From: Candidatus Latescibacterota bacterium
GTDB taxonomy: Bacteria; Latescibacterota; UBA2968; GCA-2709665
DNA length: 64,000 nt
Direction: 5' to 3'
Assembly: GCA_965222075.1 (NCBI GenBank)
Contig: OZ244937.1
Span: forward strand, 3,840,001-3,904,000
In this document: in pieces, positions 38,660-51,019 of the stretch
Layout of the letters: each line of letters opens with the position of its first letter
How positions within the stretch are numbered: position 1 is the first letter of the stretch
Notes under the pieces: generated by a model
Databases searched by the model: none
What the model was told of the DNA's origin: nothing
What the model saw: the letters and a program-made list of their open reading frames with translations, nothing else
Position numbers and translations under genes: made by a program

Positions 38660-39391
38660 TTAAAGCTTGCTCACCACAAGTTGAACAGCCGTTCCCTGCT
38701 TTACCTTCTCGCCGGCCTCGGGAACCTGCCGAATCACCGTATTCGGCAGGTAGGCCGTACTGAACTCATAGCGGATCGTGGCCTGAAGCTCAAGCGAGGC
38801 AAGGCCCGAGCGAGCGTCATCCAGGGGTCGCCCTACCACGTTGGGCACCCCCACAACCTCCCGGGGTGGTCCGCTGCTGACCACCAGGGACACCGGCGTA
38901 TCAGCGGGCATTTTTTGACCGGCAGACGGCGCCTGGCGGATCACCAATCCCTCCTTCAACTCCAGGGACGCCTCCTCGCTCACCTCGCCTACCCCCAGGC
39001 CGCCCTGCTCGATCCAGAGCCTGGCCTGGCGCAAGGACCGCTTGCGCAGGTCCGGCACCTCGTAAAGCCGGGTCCCCAGGCTGGGCACCGCATACACCGT
39101 TCGGCCCGGCTTAACCATCGAAAAAGCCGTGGGATTCTGGTACACAACCCGCCCCTCGAAAACGGACTCATCCCAGCGGGGCTTCTGCAGCTCAAGCTGG
39201 AGCCCATACCGGGCCAGCGTCCGGCGGGCCTGGGCCGAGGCCAGATCCACAATATCGGGAACCTCAACCAGCCTCCCCTTCCGGACCACGTAGGGCATAA
39301 TCACCTTATCCAGAAGAAAGAGCAGGACCGTACCCACAAAAACCGCACAGACCACAAAAAGAGCGACTTCCCGCAGCAGGACTTTAAGCAT
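38660..39391 (-). CDS. Membrane-anchored triple PASTA domain protein
   Basis: N-terminal TM followed by three VP.V/L...A...L...GL...Q.P..G repeats. Confidence 0.88.
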   Translation of the reverse strand: MLKVLLREVALFVVCAVFVGTVLLFLLDKVIMPYVVRKGRLVEVPDIVDLASAQARRTLARYGLQLELQKPRWDESVFEGRVVYQNPTAFSMVKPGRTVYAVPSLGTRLYEVPDLRKRSLRQARLWIEQGGLGVGEVSEEASLELKEGLVIRQAPSAGQKMPADTPVSLVVSSGPPREVVGVPNVVGRPLDDARSGLASLELQATIRYEFSTAYLPNTVIRQVPEAGEKVKQGTAVQLVVSKL

Positions 39392-39436
39392 ACCTATGGG
39401 TCCGTTTTGTGTGATTCTGTTGTGTCAGTGAAGTCA

Positions 39437-39465
39437 AAAATAGGACAACCGGCCTCTACTGTCAA
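39437..39465 (-). promoter_or_regulatory. Putative sigma70 promoter of PASTA-rpe
   Basis: TTGACA-N17-TATTTT on minus strand. Confidence 0.5.
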
Positions 39466-39486
39466 GCCGGGTGCGCCCAAAAAGAC

Positions 39487-40317
39487 CTACCTGGACCGAC
39501 GTCGCCCCACCGACACCGACACCCGGTGCGACAGGCCCAGCACCGTATGGTAGACGGCCGCATAGTCAACCGTGAACACCCCCCGTTTTACCCCCACCCC
39601 CACCGACAGGCGCTCCGGACGCCCTCCTGCCCCCATCCGCAACGCCAACCCATCTCCATACCTGTATTCCACCCCCACACTCGTTCCAGTCGGCAGCCCC
39701 GCCTCCTTCCTCACATCCACCAGCAGCACCGCCCCCGGAGCCACCTCCACTCCCACTCCCGACATCCCCCCCTGTCCCAACTGTCCGACTTTCACTCCCC
39801 CCACATTCCATGCAGAAAGGCCCCACACCACCCCCTCTGTCAGGTACGCCCGAATGCCTAAGTCAAACGCGGTCCACCTTCGCCGTCCCACCTCCGCCAC
39901 GCTTACCTGTATCCCCCGCACCGTCACCCCCACCCCAAACCTCGACGAAAGCGCAACCCCGTACGTCAGCCCGACGGTCTGCTCCAGATAAAGGGAAAAC
40001 CCGTACCCCAGGTAGCTCAACCCAACACCCCCCTTCCCAACAGAAAGAACGATTCCAAAGGCCTCGGTCTCCAGCGCCGCCATCCCGAAGGGCCGCTCAT
40101 ATCCCCCCATCGCCTCAACCCCCACCGTCCACGCCACCGATGCCGGATTCCAGAACAGTCCCTCCGCCCCTTCTGCGCACCCCGCAAACGTGTCGCCCAT
40201 CCCCCCCGCCCGCGCCCCGATGGGCTGAAACTCAAACGCAGCCCGCATCGGCGCCGGCGTGGAAAGTATGACAACAAGACACAGAGGAATGCGTCGACAA
40301 AGTTGAGAGATAAACAT
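39487..40317 (-). CDS. PorV/PorQ-like outer-membrane beta-barrel
   Basis: IGARAGGMG....LFWNPA, DYA...LG.SHRVS. Confidence 0.75.
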   Translation of the reverse strand: MFISQLCRRIPLCLVVILSTPAPMRAAFEFQPIGARAGGMGDTFAGCAEGAEGLFWNPASVAWTVGVEAMGGYERPFGMAALETEAFGIVLSVGKGGVGLSYLGYGFSLYLEQTVGLTYGVALSSRFGVGVTVRGIQVSVAEVGRRRWTAFDLGIRAYLTEGVVWGLSAWNVGGVKVGQLGQGGMSGVGVEVAPGAVLLVDVRKEAGLPTGTSVGVEYRYGDGLALRMGAGGRPERLSVGVGVKRGVFTVDYAAVYHTVLGLSHRVSVSVGRRRSR

Positions 40318-40541
40318 TGCGCAAGGTCCAGGATCACCGAATGCACACCGCTCCACCTGTGTGCGCTCCCCCATGCAACCCCCATACCACCCTTTCGCCT
40401 TCCCGCAGTTTTATCCTCCATCCCCCTGAATACAGGACGCTTAAGCATACCCGGCGCCTGGATCGGCATCGTGCTCTGAGACTGAACCTGCCATGCCCGA
40501 AGCGACAAACAAGAGCGTCGTGTGTCCTGTTCCGGATGGCA

Positions 40542-40577
40542 CAAAAAAGCCTGAGGGCAAGATAACCCACAGGCTCG
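40542..40577 (-). terminator. Intrinsic terminator candidate
   Basis: Minus strand GAGCCTGTGGG-TTATCTTG-CCCTCAGGC followed by T6. Confidence 0.6.
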
Positions 40578-40617
40578 AATCGTGGAAAAAACCAGTCCGG
40601 AACTTCAGGTTCCAGGA

Positions 40618-41103
40618 TCAAAAGCGCACCCTCAACACAACCTTCATCCCCGCCCCCCCTTCCCCCACTCCCGCCTCAACACCCCCCCAGTCCACCCCAT
40701 CCAGGTGAGCATCCACATAAGCGTCCACCATGCTGTAAAACACAATCCCCAGGGTTGTAAAAAAATAGATGTTCCGCCTGGGGGGCGCATCCGCCGTCCA
40801 CTCCTTGTTAATCTGATTTCGGCGCACAAAAAACGCCGCCACGGACCCCACCTCTGCAGCGGCAATCATACTGCCCTTAATCACCCGCCGGTTGTAAAAC
40901 TGCCCCCACCCCGGCAGCGCCAGCGACCGCAGCATCGCCCTCCGTGGAGACCGGACCTGCCGGGTCGTATCGGGCGCTGCCCCGGTCTCTGCAGCCCCCA
41001 CCGGACCGGCCGACCCCGCAAACACGACCCCGGCCGCCAGCGTCAGAAGCAAGGGCACGGCATGCCGTGCCCCAACGGTGGAGACCCGCACGCTGATGCT
41101 CAC
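40618..41103 (-). CDS. DUF5683-like membrane protein
   Basis: SP.RA.LRS..LPGWGQFYN, Y..VDAYVDAHL. Confidence 0.78.
   Translation of the reverse strand: MSISVRVSTVGARHAVPLLLTLAAGVVFAGSAGPVGAAETGAAPDTTRQVRSPRRAMLRSLALPGWGQFYNRRVIKGSMIAAAEVGSVAAFFVRRNQINKEWTADAPPRRNIYFFTTLGIVFYSMVDAYVDAHLDGVDWGGVEAGVGEGGAGMKVVLRVRF
41053..41076 (-). repeat. GTAG-type REP variant within CDS N-terminus
   Basis: GTTG-GGGCACGGCATGCCGTGCCC perfect palindrome, translated VGARHAVP. Confidence 0.65.
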
Positions 41104-42041
41104 CCCCTCGCCAGCCGGGCCGCGCCCAGAATCCCCGCATCGTCGCCCAACGCCCCCGGCACAATCCGCACGTACTCCTTCACCCCCACCGTACCCCGCT
41201 CTTGAAAGGTCCGCCGTGCCGGCTCGAAAAGCCGCTCACCGGCCCGGGCCAGCCCGCCGCAGAGGGCAACCACCTCCACGTTCAACGCACTCACCATGTT
41301 CACCAGTCCCACGCCCAGAAAGAACCCCGTCTCTTCAAACATCGCCCCGGCAAATACATCGTCCGCCTCGGCTGCCTCAAAAATCGCCCGGGTCGTTAAC
41401 CCCTCGGCCCGTAGCGCGGTCTTCGGCCGATCCTGCGCCAACCGCTGCCGGGCACGCCGCACCATCGCCGTCGCCGATGCGTACATCTCCAGGCAGCCGT
41501 AATTCCCGCACCCACACCGGGGCCCGTTCAGATCGATCGTCACGTGGCCCACCTCCGCTGCGTTTCCGTTGAACCCGTGCATCAACCGCCCGTTCGCCAT
41601 CCACCCGCCGCCCACCCCGGTGCCCAGCGTCACGCACAAAAAGTGGTCCACCCCCCGGCCCGCCCCCAGCCACTGCTCCCCGTAGGCCGCCAGGTTCGCA
41701 TCGTTATCCACAACCACCGGCAGGCCCAGCGCGTCCTCCAAACGGTCCTTCAGCCGCACCCCGTGCATGCACGGGAGGTTCTCCGGAGAAATGATCACCC
41801 CCTCAAAAGCATCCAGCGGACCCGGCGATCCCACCCCCACGCTGGCCACCTCCAAAAGGTCCACGCCACCCTCCCGCACGGCCCCCCGGACGCAGGCCGC
41901 AATCCCCCGGATCACCCCTTCGCTGCCCAGGTCCAGCCGCGTGGGACATCTCGACCGCCCCAGCACCTCACCCGCTTCGTCCACCAGCCCGGCGAGGGTA
42001 TTGGTCCCCCCCAGATCCACTCCGATCGTCAGCCCGCTCAC
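41100..42041 (-). CDS. ROK-family sugar kinase (glucokinase-like)
   Basis: GVDLGGT, NDAN, TLGTGVGGG, EVGH, CGCGN.GCLE. Confidence 0.92.
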   Translation of the reverse strand: MSGLTIGVDLGGTNTLAGLVDEAGEVLGRSRCPTRLDLGSEGVIRGIAACVRGAVREGGVDLLEVASVGVGSPGPLDAFEGVIISPENLPCMHGVRLKDRLEDALGLPVVVDNDANLAAYGEQWLGAGRGVDHFLCVTLGTGVGGGWMANGRLMHGFNGNAAEVGHVTIDLNGPRCGCGNYGCLEMYASATAMVRRARQRLAQDRPKTALRAEGLTTRAIFEAAEADDVFAGAMFEETGFFLGVGLVNMVSALNVEVVALCGGLARAGERLFEPARRTFQERGTVGVKEYVRIVPGALGDDAGILGAARLARG

Positions 42042-42679
42042 GTCTCGGCCCGTGCCTTCCGCACAGCTTCCACGAACGACCGGGCCGTCTCGGTCAACCC
42101 CGCCCAGTTCTTCTCGGCCACGGCCTGTTTGTCCACCATCGCGCTGCCCGCGCCCACCGCCACCGCGCCAGCTTTGATGAACTCCGGCGTGGTCCGGGCA
42201 TTCACCCCGCCCGTGGGCATCAGCCTCAGCTGCGGCAGCGGCCCCCGGATATCTTTAAAAAACTCCGGCCCGCCCACCGTGGCCGGGAACACCTTCACCA
42301 CGTCACCCCCGGCCTGCCAGCCCGCCAGGATCTCCGTGGGCGTGAACCCGGCGGGCATCACCACCTTGCCGTAGCGCTTGGCCATCGCGATCACGTCTAA
42401 GTTCAGCACCGGACTGACCACGTACTCCGCCCCGGCCAGGATCGCCGCCCGCGCCGTCTCCGCATCCAGCACCGACCCCACCCCCACGATCGTATCCTCC
42501 ATCTTTGCCGACGCCTCTTCGATCACCTTCAGCGCCCCCGGCACCGTCATTGTCACCTCAATCGCCACCACGCCCCCTTCCCGCAGCGCCCGCGACACAT
42601 CCAGCAGCTCCGAAGGCGAATCCGCCCGCAGCACCGCCACCACTCCGCAGTCGATAATCCGATCCAGTATTTCGGCCAC
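42038..42679 (-). CDS. eda: KDPG/KHG aldolase
   Basis: VVAVLR, IEVT, GVGSVLD, TPTEI, VKVFP, PTGGV. Confidence 0.92.
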   Translation of the reverse strand: MAEILDRIIDCGVVAVLRADSPSELLDVSRALREGGVVAIEVTMTVPGALKVIEEASAKMEDTIVGVGSVLDAETARAAILAGAEYVVSPVLNLDVIAMAKRYGKVVMPAGFTPTEILAGWQAGGDVVKVFPATVGGPEFFKDIRGPLPQLRLMPTGGVNARTTPEFIKAGAVAVGAGSAMVDKQAVAEKNWAGLTETARSFVEAVRKARAET

Positions 42680-42751
42680 CGCCTGCTCCTCCCGTAAAAA
42701 GAACGCCCGGGAAACCTGCCCGGGCATTCGAAAAAAACCGACCTTGTCCAC

Positions 42752-43795
42752 CTACCTCCTGATCCGTGCCCCGCCGCCCTTCATCGCGGATTCCGCCTCG
42801 GTCCGGGTCGCCCAGTTCACATCGCCTGGAAACGTGTGCGCCAGCGCCGAATAGGCCCCGGCAAAGTCCACGGCCGCCTGCGGGTGCATCCCCTCGATCA
42901 GGCCGGTAACCAGGCCCGCAGAGAAGCTGTCGCCGCCGCCGACCCGGTCCACAATCTCCAGGTCCTCGTAAATCCGCGACAGGTAAAACGCCTTCCCGTT
43001 AAACAACAGCGTCCGCCAATCGTTCAAAAGCCCCGTCTTGGCCACCCGCAGCGTCGTCCCCACATAGTCCACGTTGGGATAGGCTTCCACCGCCCTGCGG
43101 ACCACGCCCTTGTAGCTCTCGGGATCCAGCGCGCTGTAATCCTCGCCCGCCCCCTCCGCCTTCAGCCCCAGCACCTTCTCGAAGTCCTCCTCGTTTCCGA
43201 CCAGCACCTTCACCAGCGGCACAAACTGTTTCGTGGTCTCCTGTGCCTGCTCCGGGCTCCAGAGTTTTGACCGGAAATTCAAGTCGTAACTCGTCGTCAC
43301 CCCCGCCTCGACCGCCGCCCTGAGCGCCTCTAAGGTCACTGCCGCCGCACCTTCCGAAAGCGCCGGCGTAATCCCGCTCACGTGGAACCACTTCGTCCCC
43401 TCAAACACCGCCTTCCAGTCCACCATCCCCGATTCGATCTTCGAAATCGCCGAATGTCCCCGGTCGTAAGTCACCGCGCTGGCCCGGGGCCCAACGCCCA
43501 CCTCCAGGTGGTAGAACCCGTTCCGTTCCAGCCCCACCCCGTCGAAGGGCACCCACACGACATAAGACATATCCACCCCGTGCTCGCGACCCTTGTTCCG
43601 GATCACCCACCCCGTCCAGTTGTCCACCAGCCGGGAAACCCACGCCACGTTCAGCCCCAGGTGGGCGCACCCCACCGCCACGTTGTACTCCCCGCCTCCC
43701 ACCTCTACGTCCAGCCTGGTCGCATTTTCCAGCCGGCGGTACTCAGGCGAAGACAGCCGAACCATCGCCTCACCGAACGTCACCACATCGTACAT
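42752..43795 (-). CDS. kdgK: 2-keto-3-deoxygluconate kinase (PfkB family)
   Basis: FGEAM.RLS, GG.E.NVA, SGITPALS, DLNFRSKLW, DRVGGGDSF. Confidence 0.88.
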   Translation of the reverse strand: MYDVVTFGEAMVRLSSPEYRRLENATRLDVEVGGGEYNVAVGCAHLGLNVAWVSRLVDNWTGWVIRNKGREHGVDMSYVVWVPFDGVGLERNGFYHLEVGVGPRASAVTYDRGHSAISKIESGMVDWKAVFEGTKWFHVSGITPALSEGAAAVTLEALRAAVEAGVTTSYDLNFRSKLWSPEQAQETTKQFVPLVKVLVGNEEDFEKVLGLKAEGAGEDYSALDPESYKGVVRRAVEAYPNVDYVGTTLRVAKTGLLNDWRTLLFNGKAFYLSRIYEDLEIVDRVGGGDSFSAGLVTGLIEGMHPQAAVDFAGAYSALAHTFPGDVNWATRTEAESAMKGGGARIRR

Positions 43796-43849
43796 ACGCG
43801 CCCTCCTCCCCTGTCATAACCCCGCTCTGTTCATATTGCAACTTCCTCC

Positions 43850-44773
43850 CTACCCCAGTCTCTCCCCCACCCCAACCCGATACCCCCGCACCAGTTCCGC
43901 CCCGCTCATCCGTCCCCTCCCGGCCGGCTGCACCTCCAGCAGGGCCAGCGCCCCGCCACCGGCGGCCACCACAAGCCCCTCCTTCCCATCGGATCGGACC
44001 ACCTCTCCGGGTGCGCCGCTTCCCTCGACCACCACCGCCCGGTGTACCTTTAAATCCTTCCCCTTCCACTGTGTAAACGCTCCTGGAAAGGGGTTGGTTC
44101 CCCGAATCAAATTCCGGATCGCTCCGGCCTCTGCCGTCCAGTTGATCCGCCCGTCTTTCTTCTCCAGCCTGGGTGCCCGGGTCACCCCTTCCTTCGGCTG
44201 CGGAACCGGCCTTACCTCGCCTTTTGCCAGGACGTCCACCGCCTCTAAAAGCAGGTCGGCCCCCAGAACCTTCAACCGCTCGTAAAGCTCTCCCGCCGTC
44301 TCATCCGGGCCGATGGGGACCCGACGCTGCAGAAGCATATCCCCGGCATCCACGCGGAGGCTCAACCGAAAGACCGTCACCCCCGTCTCCTCTTCCCCCC
44401 GGATAATCGCCCAGTTGATCGGCGCCGCCCCCCGGTACTTCGGCAACAGCGACGGATGCACGTTTACCGACCCCAGCTTCGGGATCTGGAGCACCGCCTT
44501 TGGGAGAATCGCAAAAGCCACCACCGCAAACAGGTCCGCCTCCAGCCCTCGAAGCCGTGCCAGAAAGTTTGCATCCCGCAGCGACGCCGGCTGCAGAACC
44601 GGCACCCCCAGCCCCTGCGCTGCCACCTTCACCGGCGGAGGCGCCAGCCGCTGTCCCCGCCCCCGGGGGCGGTCCGGCCGGGTGACCACGCCAGCCAGAG
44701 TGTGCCCGCTTTCTGCCAGCCGCCTTAAAGACGGTACCGCAAAATCGGGCGTCCCCATAAAAACCAGCCTCAA
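43850..44773 (-). CDS. fmt: Methionyl-tRNA formyltransferase
   Basis: FMGTPDFA, PDRP.GRG, NVHPSLLPKYRGAAPI. Confidence 0.97.
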   Translation of the reverse strand: MRLVFMGTPDFAVPSLRRLAESGHTLAGVVTRPDRPRGRGQRLAPPPVKVAAQGLGVPVLQPASLRDANFLARLRGLEADLFAVVAFAILPKAVLQIPKLGSVNVHPSLLPKYRGAAPINWAIIRGEEETGVTVFRLSLRVDAGDMLLQRRVPIGPDETAGELYERLKVLGADLLLEAVDVLAKGEVRPVPQPKEGVTRAPRLEKKDGRINWTAEAGAIRNLIRGTNPFPGAFTQWKGKDLKVHRAVVVEGSGAPGEVVRSDGKEGLVVAAGGGALALLEVQPAGRGRMSGAELVRGYRVGVGERLG

Positions 44774-44798
44774 AACCCTGGCCTCCGGTCGCGTGGTG

Positions 44799-45128
44799 CT
44801 ACTTCTCCCCTACAAGCCGCGACACCGACCCCCGGGAGGCCTCGATCCGTACATCCTTGGCCACCTGCACCACCAGAATCCCCTCCTTCTCTTTCACCCC
44901 CACAATCGTCCCGTGGATACCGCCTGATGTCACGATTTTATCCCCCTTCTTGAGCGCATCGATCATCTCCTTCTGCTGCCTCTGCTTCTTGTGCTGCGGG
45001 CGGAGAATCAGGAGATAAATCACCACGAACATCAAGATAAAAGGGAAAAACTGGAAGATCGGATTTCCCGACTCCCCCCCGGGGGACGACTGTCCCCCAA
45101 ACGCAAACGCCTCTCCAATACCGAACAA
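44799..45128 (-). CDS. yajC: Preprotein translocase subunit YajC
   Basis: Y.LILRPQ.K, LKKGDKIVT.GGI.G. Confidence 0.95.
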   Translation of the reverse strand: MFGIGEAFAFGGQSSPGGESGNPIFQFFPFILMFVVIYLLILRPQHKKQRQQKEMIDALKKGDKIVTSGGIHGTIVGVKEKEGILVVQVAKDVRIEASRGSVSRLVGEK

Positions 45129-45138
45129 AGAACCCTCC

Positions 45139-47581
<2,443 letters not shown>

Positions 47582-47658
47582 TGGAAAAGACCGGACAGAG
47601 AACCTGCGATAAAAAAAGGGGAGGCTGAAAAGGGGAAAAGGTCCACCACTTCAACGCA

Positions 47659-48666
47659 TTAATGGGAAACAATACTGATCGGTCTCGGGATAAAACAGAG
47701 CACGAAAATCGCCAGCGACAGGTAGCCCACCGCCTTTCGAGCCGGATCCAGTTCCAGGCAGGGATCGTACGGGGGGGGATGCCGGCGTCCCAGGGCCATC
47801 GAGATAAAAATCCAGACCAGCCAGCCGGGCCAGCGGGAGGCCATCCACGCCGACAGGGCGCTGCCGGCATTCAGCCACTCATAGGGAGGTCCAAACGCCC
47901 AGAAGAGGCCCAGTGCCACGATGGCCCCTTTCGAAATCAGGTCGTGCCGACGGCCGAAAATCGCATAAACAATGTGTCCCCCGTCGAACTGCCCCACCGG
48001 CAGCAGGTTCAAAACCGTCACAAACAGCCCCAGCCAGCCGGCGAATGCAACCGGGTGGAGGTAAATATCGTAGCCCTCCGGAAGCGATCCGATAACAAGT
48101 TCCCCCATCCACGCAGAGAGGATCGAATCCCCCAGCGTTAACGACGCCTGGGGAATATCTGCCTTGGCCACCACCTCCGACAGGTGCAGCCCCACGCCCA
48201 GCGCCGCCACGGCCACCACGAACCCCGCCAGGGGACCGGCCGCCCCGATATCGATCAGCGCCCGCCGGTTCGGAATCTGCGACCTGATCTTAATCACGGC
48301 CCCCAGGGTGCCGATCATCGACGGAAAAGGGATGAAGTAGGGCAGCGTTGCCCGCACCTGCCAGCGGCGGGAGGCAACGTAGTGCCCCATCTCGTGAATC
48401 CCCAGAATCGCCAGAATCGTAACCGAAAAAGGCAGCCCGTGGACCAGATACTCCGGGCCGAACAAAACCGACCAGGTATCGGCACCCGGCTCAATCTTCA
48501 AAGATGTGGACATCCACATCCCCGCATAGGTGGTCGTATAAGCCGTCATCAGAAACAGCGCCACCTGCACCCAGGTCCGATCCTTCCGCGGTGGCATCCC
48601 GCTCGACCCGTAAACCACCCCACCCCGGTCAACCCGCTCAAGATCCCCGTTCAATCCTCCGGCCAC
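47659..48666 (-). CDS. Site-2 protease family (M50) metallopeptidase
   Basis: HEMGH, IGAAGPLAG, NLLPVGQFDGGH. Confidence 0.92.
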   Translation of the reverse strand: MAGGLNGDLERVDRGGVVYGSSGMPPRKDRTWVQVALFLMTAYTTTYAGMWMSTSLKIEPGADTWSVLFGPEYLVHGLPFSVTILAILGIHEMGHYVASRRWQVRATLPYFIPFPSMIGTLGAVIKIRSQIPNRRALIDIGAAGPLAGFVVAVAALGVGLHLSEVVAKADIPQASLTLGDSILSAWMGELVIGSLPEGYDIYLHPVAFAGWLGLFVTVLNLLPVGQFDGGHIVYAIFGRRHDLISKGAIVALGLFWAFGPPYEWLNAGSALSAWMASRWPGWLVWIFISMALGRRHPPPYDPCLELDPARKAVGYLSLAIFVLCFIPRPISIVSH

Positions 48667-48686
48667 ACCATCTCTCCAAATTTGTC

Positions 48687-49580
48687 TCACCTGATCCCCA
48701 GCGCAACCCGATGCGATCCTCCCAGCCCCAGACCTGTGGGCACATAGGCGTAGTCGAACCGCCAGTTCCGGCGCTGCAGCCCCACCCCGAACGACACATC
48801 CCGCGTCTCGCTGCCCGAACGGTACCCGCCCCTTAAAAAGAACGCCTGCCGGACCCCATACTCCACGCCTGAGTGCAGGCCCCGGCCGCCTTTCTCCGGA
48901 AAACGCAGGTCCACGCACCCGGCCAGCGCGCCCCTGGCCAGCGCAGCGCCGATTCGAAACGTCCGGGGCAGGGGCACACGCTCTTGATCGAGCGGTCCCA
49001 TCCGTCCCCAGTTCCGGTAAACAGCGCCCACGGTCACCCCCTCAACCGGCATCCGGTAAAGCAGACCAACGTCCGCTGCAACTCCCGAAGCCCCCTCCGG
49101 GCCGATCGTCTCGTGCAGCACCCGCACGCTGGCGCCCGCATACATCCGTTCGCCGATCCGCTGCGCGTAGGAGAAACCGACGTTGACTTCGTACAGGCCG
49201 AACGTCCCCAATGGTTCTGCCGAAGGCCCGGTGCGGGCCTCCAGCCCCCCGGCCGAATGAACACCCACGCTCAGGGCCAGCCCCCGCTTACCGTTGCCAT
49301 AGGCCCACCCGGCATAGGCCTGCTGGATCGACTGGAAAGACCGGTGGTGGGACAGCAGAAAATCCTTCCCCCGCATCGCAGCCACCCCTGCCGGGTTCCA
49401 GAACGCAGCCGTCTGATCGCCCGCAACCGCCGTGTAGGCCTCCCCCATAGCCGCCGCCCGGGCGCCGATTCCCTCTCGAAGCAGCACAAACCCCACCTGC
49501 CGCGCCGAAGTCCTCCCCTCGCTTTCCCCCCATACCAGGATCAACGTCAAACACCAGGGCCACCAATAGAAGCGGAACAA
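48687..49580 (-). CDS. PorV/PorQ-like outer-membrane beta-barrel
   Basis: IGARAAAMGEA.TA...TA.FWNPAG, FDYAY...LG.SHR. Confidence 0.8.
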   Translation of the reverse strand: MFRFYWWPWCLTLILVWGESEGRTSARQVGFVLLREGIGARAAAMGEAYTAVAGDQTAAFWNPAGVAAMRGKDFLLSHHRSFQSIQQAYAGWAYGNGKRGLALSVGVHSAGGLEARTGPSAEPLGTFGLYEVNVGFSYAQRIGERMYAGASVRVLHETIGPEGASGVAADVGLLYRMPVEGVTVGAVYRNWGRMGPLDQERVPLPRTFRIGAALARGALAGCVDLRFPEKGGRGLHSGVEYGVRQAFFLRGGYRSGSETRDVSFGVGLQRRNWRFDYAYVPTGLGLGGSHRVALGIR

Positions 49581-49748
49581 ACAACCTCTCCTTCCGGGTT
49601 GTTCACCTCACAATCCCAACGCCTCGAATATCCCACCACAACCCCCACAACATTAACCAACAACAGCACGCCTGTCAACACCAAAACACCCTTCTTCCCT
49701 GCTGGCTTTTTGTCTCTTCTTCATATATATTAGGGAAGCGCGACAGCA

Positions 49749-49845
49749 CACGCCCGCTCACCCGTCTCGCCTCCCCCGCCTTCGGGGCGGGGGGAAGGGG
49801 CTTTTTCTTGGGCGAACAAGAAAAAGGCCTCGCCGAAGGCATGGG
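49749..49845 (+). repeat. MITE-like repeat family, copy 3
   Basis: Matches 31735-31792 joined directly to the 31929-31973 block. Confidence 0.8.
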
Positions 49846-49952
49846 GTGTGGAGGGGTTGTGGATGACGGAGACCGCCCGGGACTGAGCGACAAGGCCATC
49901 TACCGAAAGCTTATTTTCTAAACAACTTCCAGGAGAAGGGAGAACCGACACA

Positions 49953-51005
49953 ATGGATCAATCCGCACCCGTTCGCACCGCAGTGATCGGCCTGGGCCGC
50001 GCGGGATGGAACTTCCACGTGCGCACCATCCGCAGCCGTGAGGACTTCCAGGTCGTCGCCGTGGCCGATCCCAACAAGGAGCGTCAGCAGCAGGCGGTAG
50101 AGGAACTGGGCGTTGAGGCGTTCGGCGACCTCACCTCCCTGCTGAAAGGCTCCGACGCCGAACTCGTCGTCGTTGCCACCGCCTCGGTTGACCACGCCTC
50201 CCACTCGATCCAGGCGCTCGAAGCGGGCCGGCACGTCCTCACCGAAAAACCCATGGCCACCTCCCTGAAAGATGCGGACCGGATGCTCGCAGCGGCCGAA
50301 GAGGCCGGCAGCATCCTGACGATTCACCAGAGCCAGCGCTGGTCGCCTGTTTTTGCCTTCATCAAAAAGATGCTCTCCGACCAGCGGCTCGGACAGGTCT
50401 TTTTCATCCGCTCAGGCATCTACGGCTACGCCCGGCGCAACGACTGGCAGACGCTGCGCAAATACGGCGGCGGCCTGCTCAACAACACCGGCGTCCACAT
50501 CGTCGACCAGTGCGTCATCCTGATGGAATCTCCCATCGTGGACGTCTTTGGCGACCTGCAGCAGATCCTCCAGCCGGGCGATACGGAAGACCACCTCAAG
50601 GTCGTCATGCGCGGCGAAAACGGCCGCGTGATCGACCTGGAGATCTCCACCGCCTGTGCCGCTGCGCTGCCCACCTGGACCCTGATGGGCGCCCGGGGCA
50701 CGCTTACCGTCACCGGCAGAGAGACGGCCCTGCTGCGCCACGTGAAAGGCGAACTGGCGCCGGTGGAGACCATCGACAGGCCCCTGGCCGCCGATCGCAA
50801 ATATGGGGTCGCGGGAGGCGAAGAGATCGCGTTTGAGGAAGTGGAACTTGAAGCCAGGGCCGACCCCGGTCCCCTGTTCTACGACCGGCTCCGTGCCGCC
50901 ATCCGCAGCGGCACCCCGCCGCCGGTCGACCCGGCAACCTCCCGGGAGACCCTGCGCGTACTGTCCGAAGCACGAAAGAACACCCGGTTCCCGGGGGGCG
51001 TATAA
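49953..51005 (+). CDS. Gfo/Idh/MocA-family oxidoreductase
   Basis: IGLG.AG, HVL.EKPM, GGG.L...G.H..D. Confidence 0.9.
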   Translation: MDQSAPVRTAVIGLGRAGWNFHVRTIRSREDFQVVAVADPNKERQQQAVEELGVEAFGDLTSLLKGSDAELVVVATASVDHASHSIQALEAGRHVLTEKPMATSLKDADRMLAAAEEAGSILTIHQSQRWSPVFAFIKKMLSDQRLGQVFFIRSGIYGYARRNDWQTLRKYGGGLLNNTGVHIVDQCVILMESPIVDVFGDLQQILQPGDTEDHLKVVMRGENGRVIDLEISTACAAALPTWTLMGARGTLTVTGRETALLRHVKGELAPVETIDRPLAADRKYGVAGGEEIAFEEVELEARADPGPLFYDRLRAAIRSGTPPPVDPATSRETLRVLSEARKNTRFPGGV

Positions 51006-51019
51006 ACACGATCAGTTGT

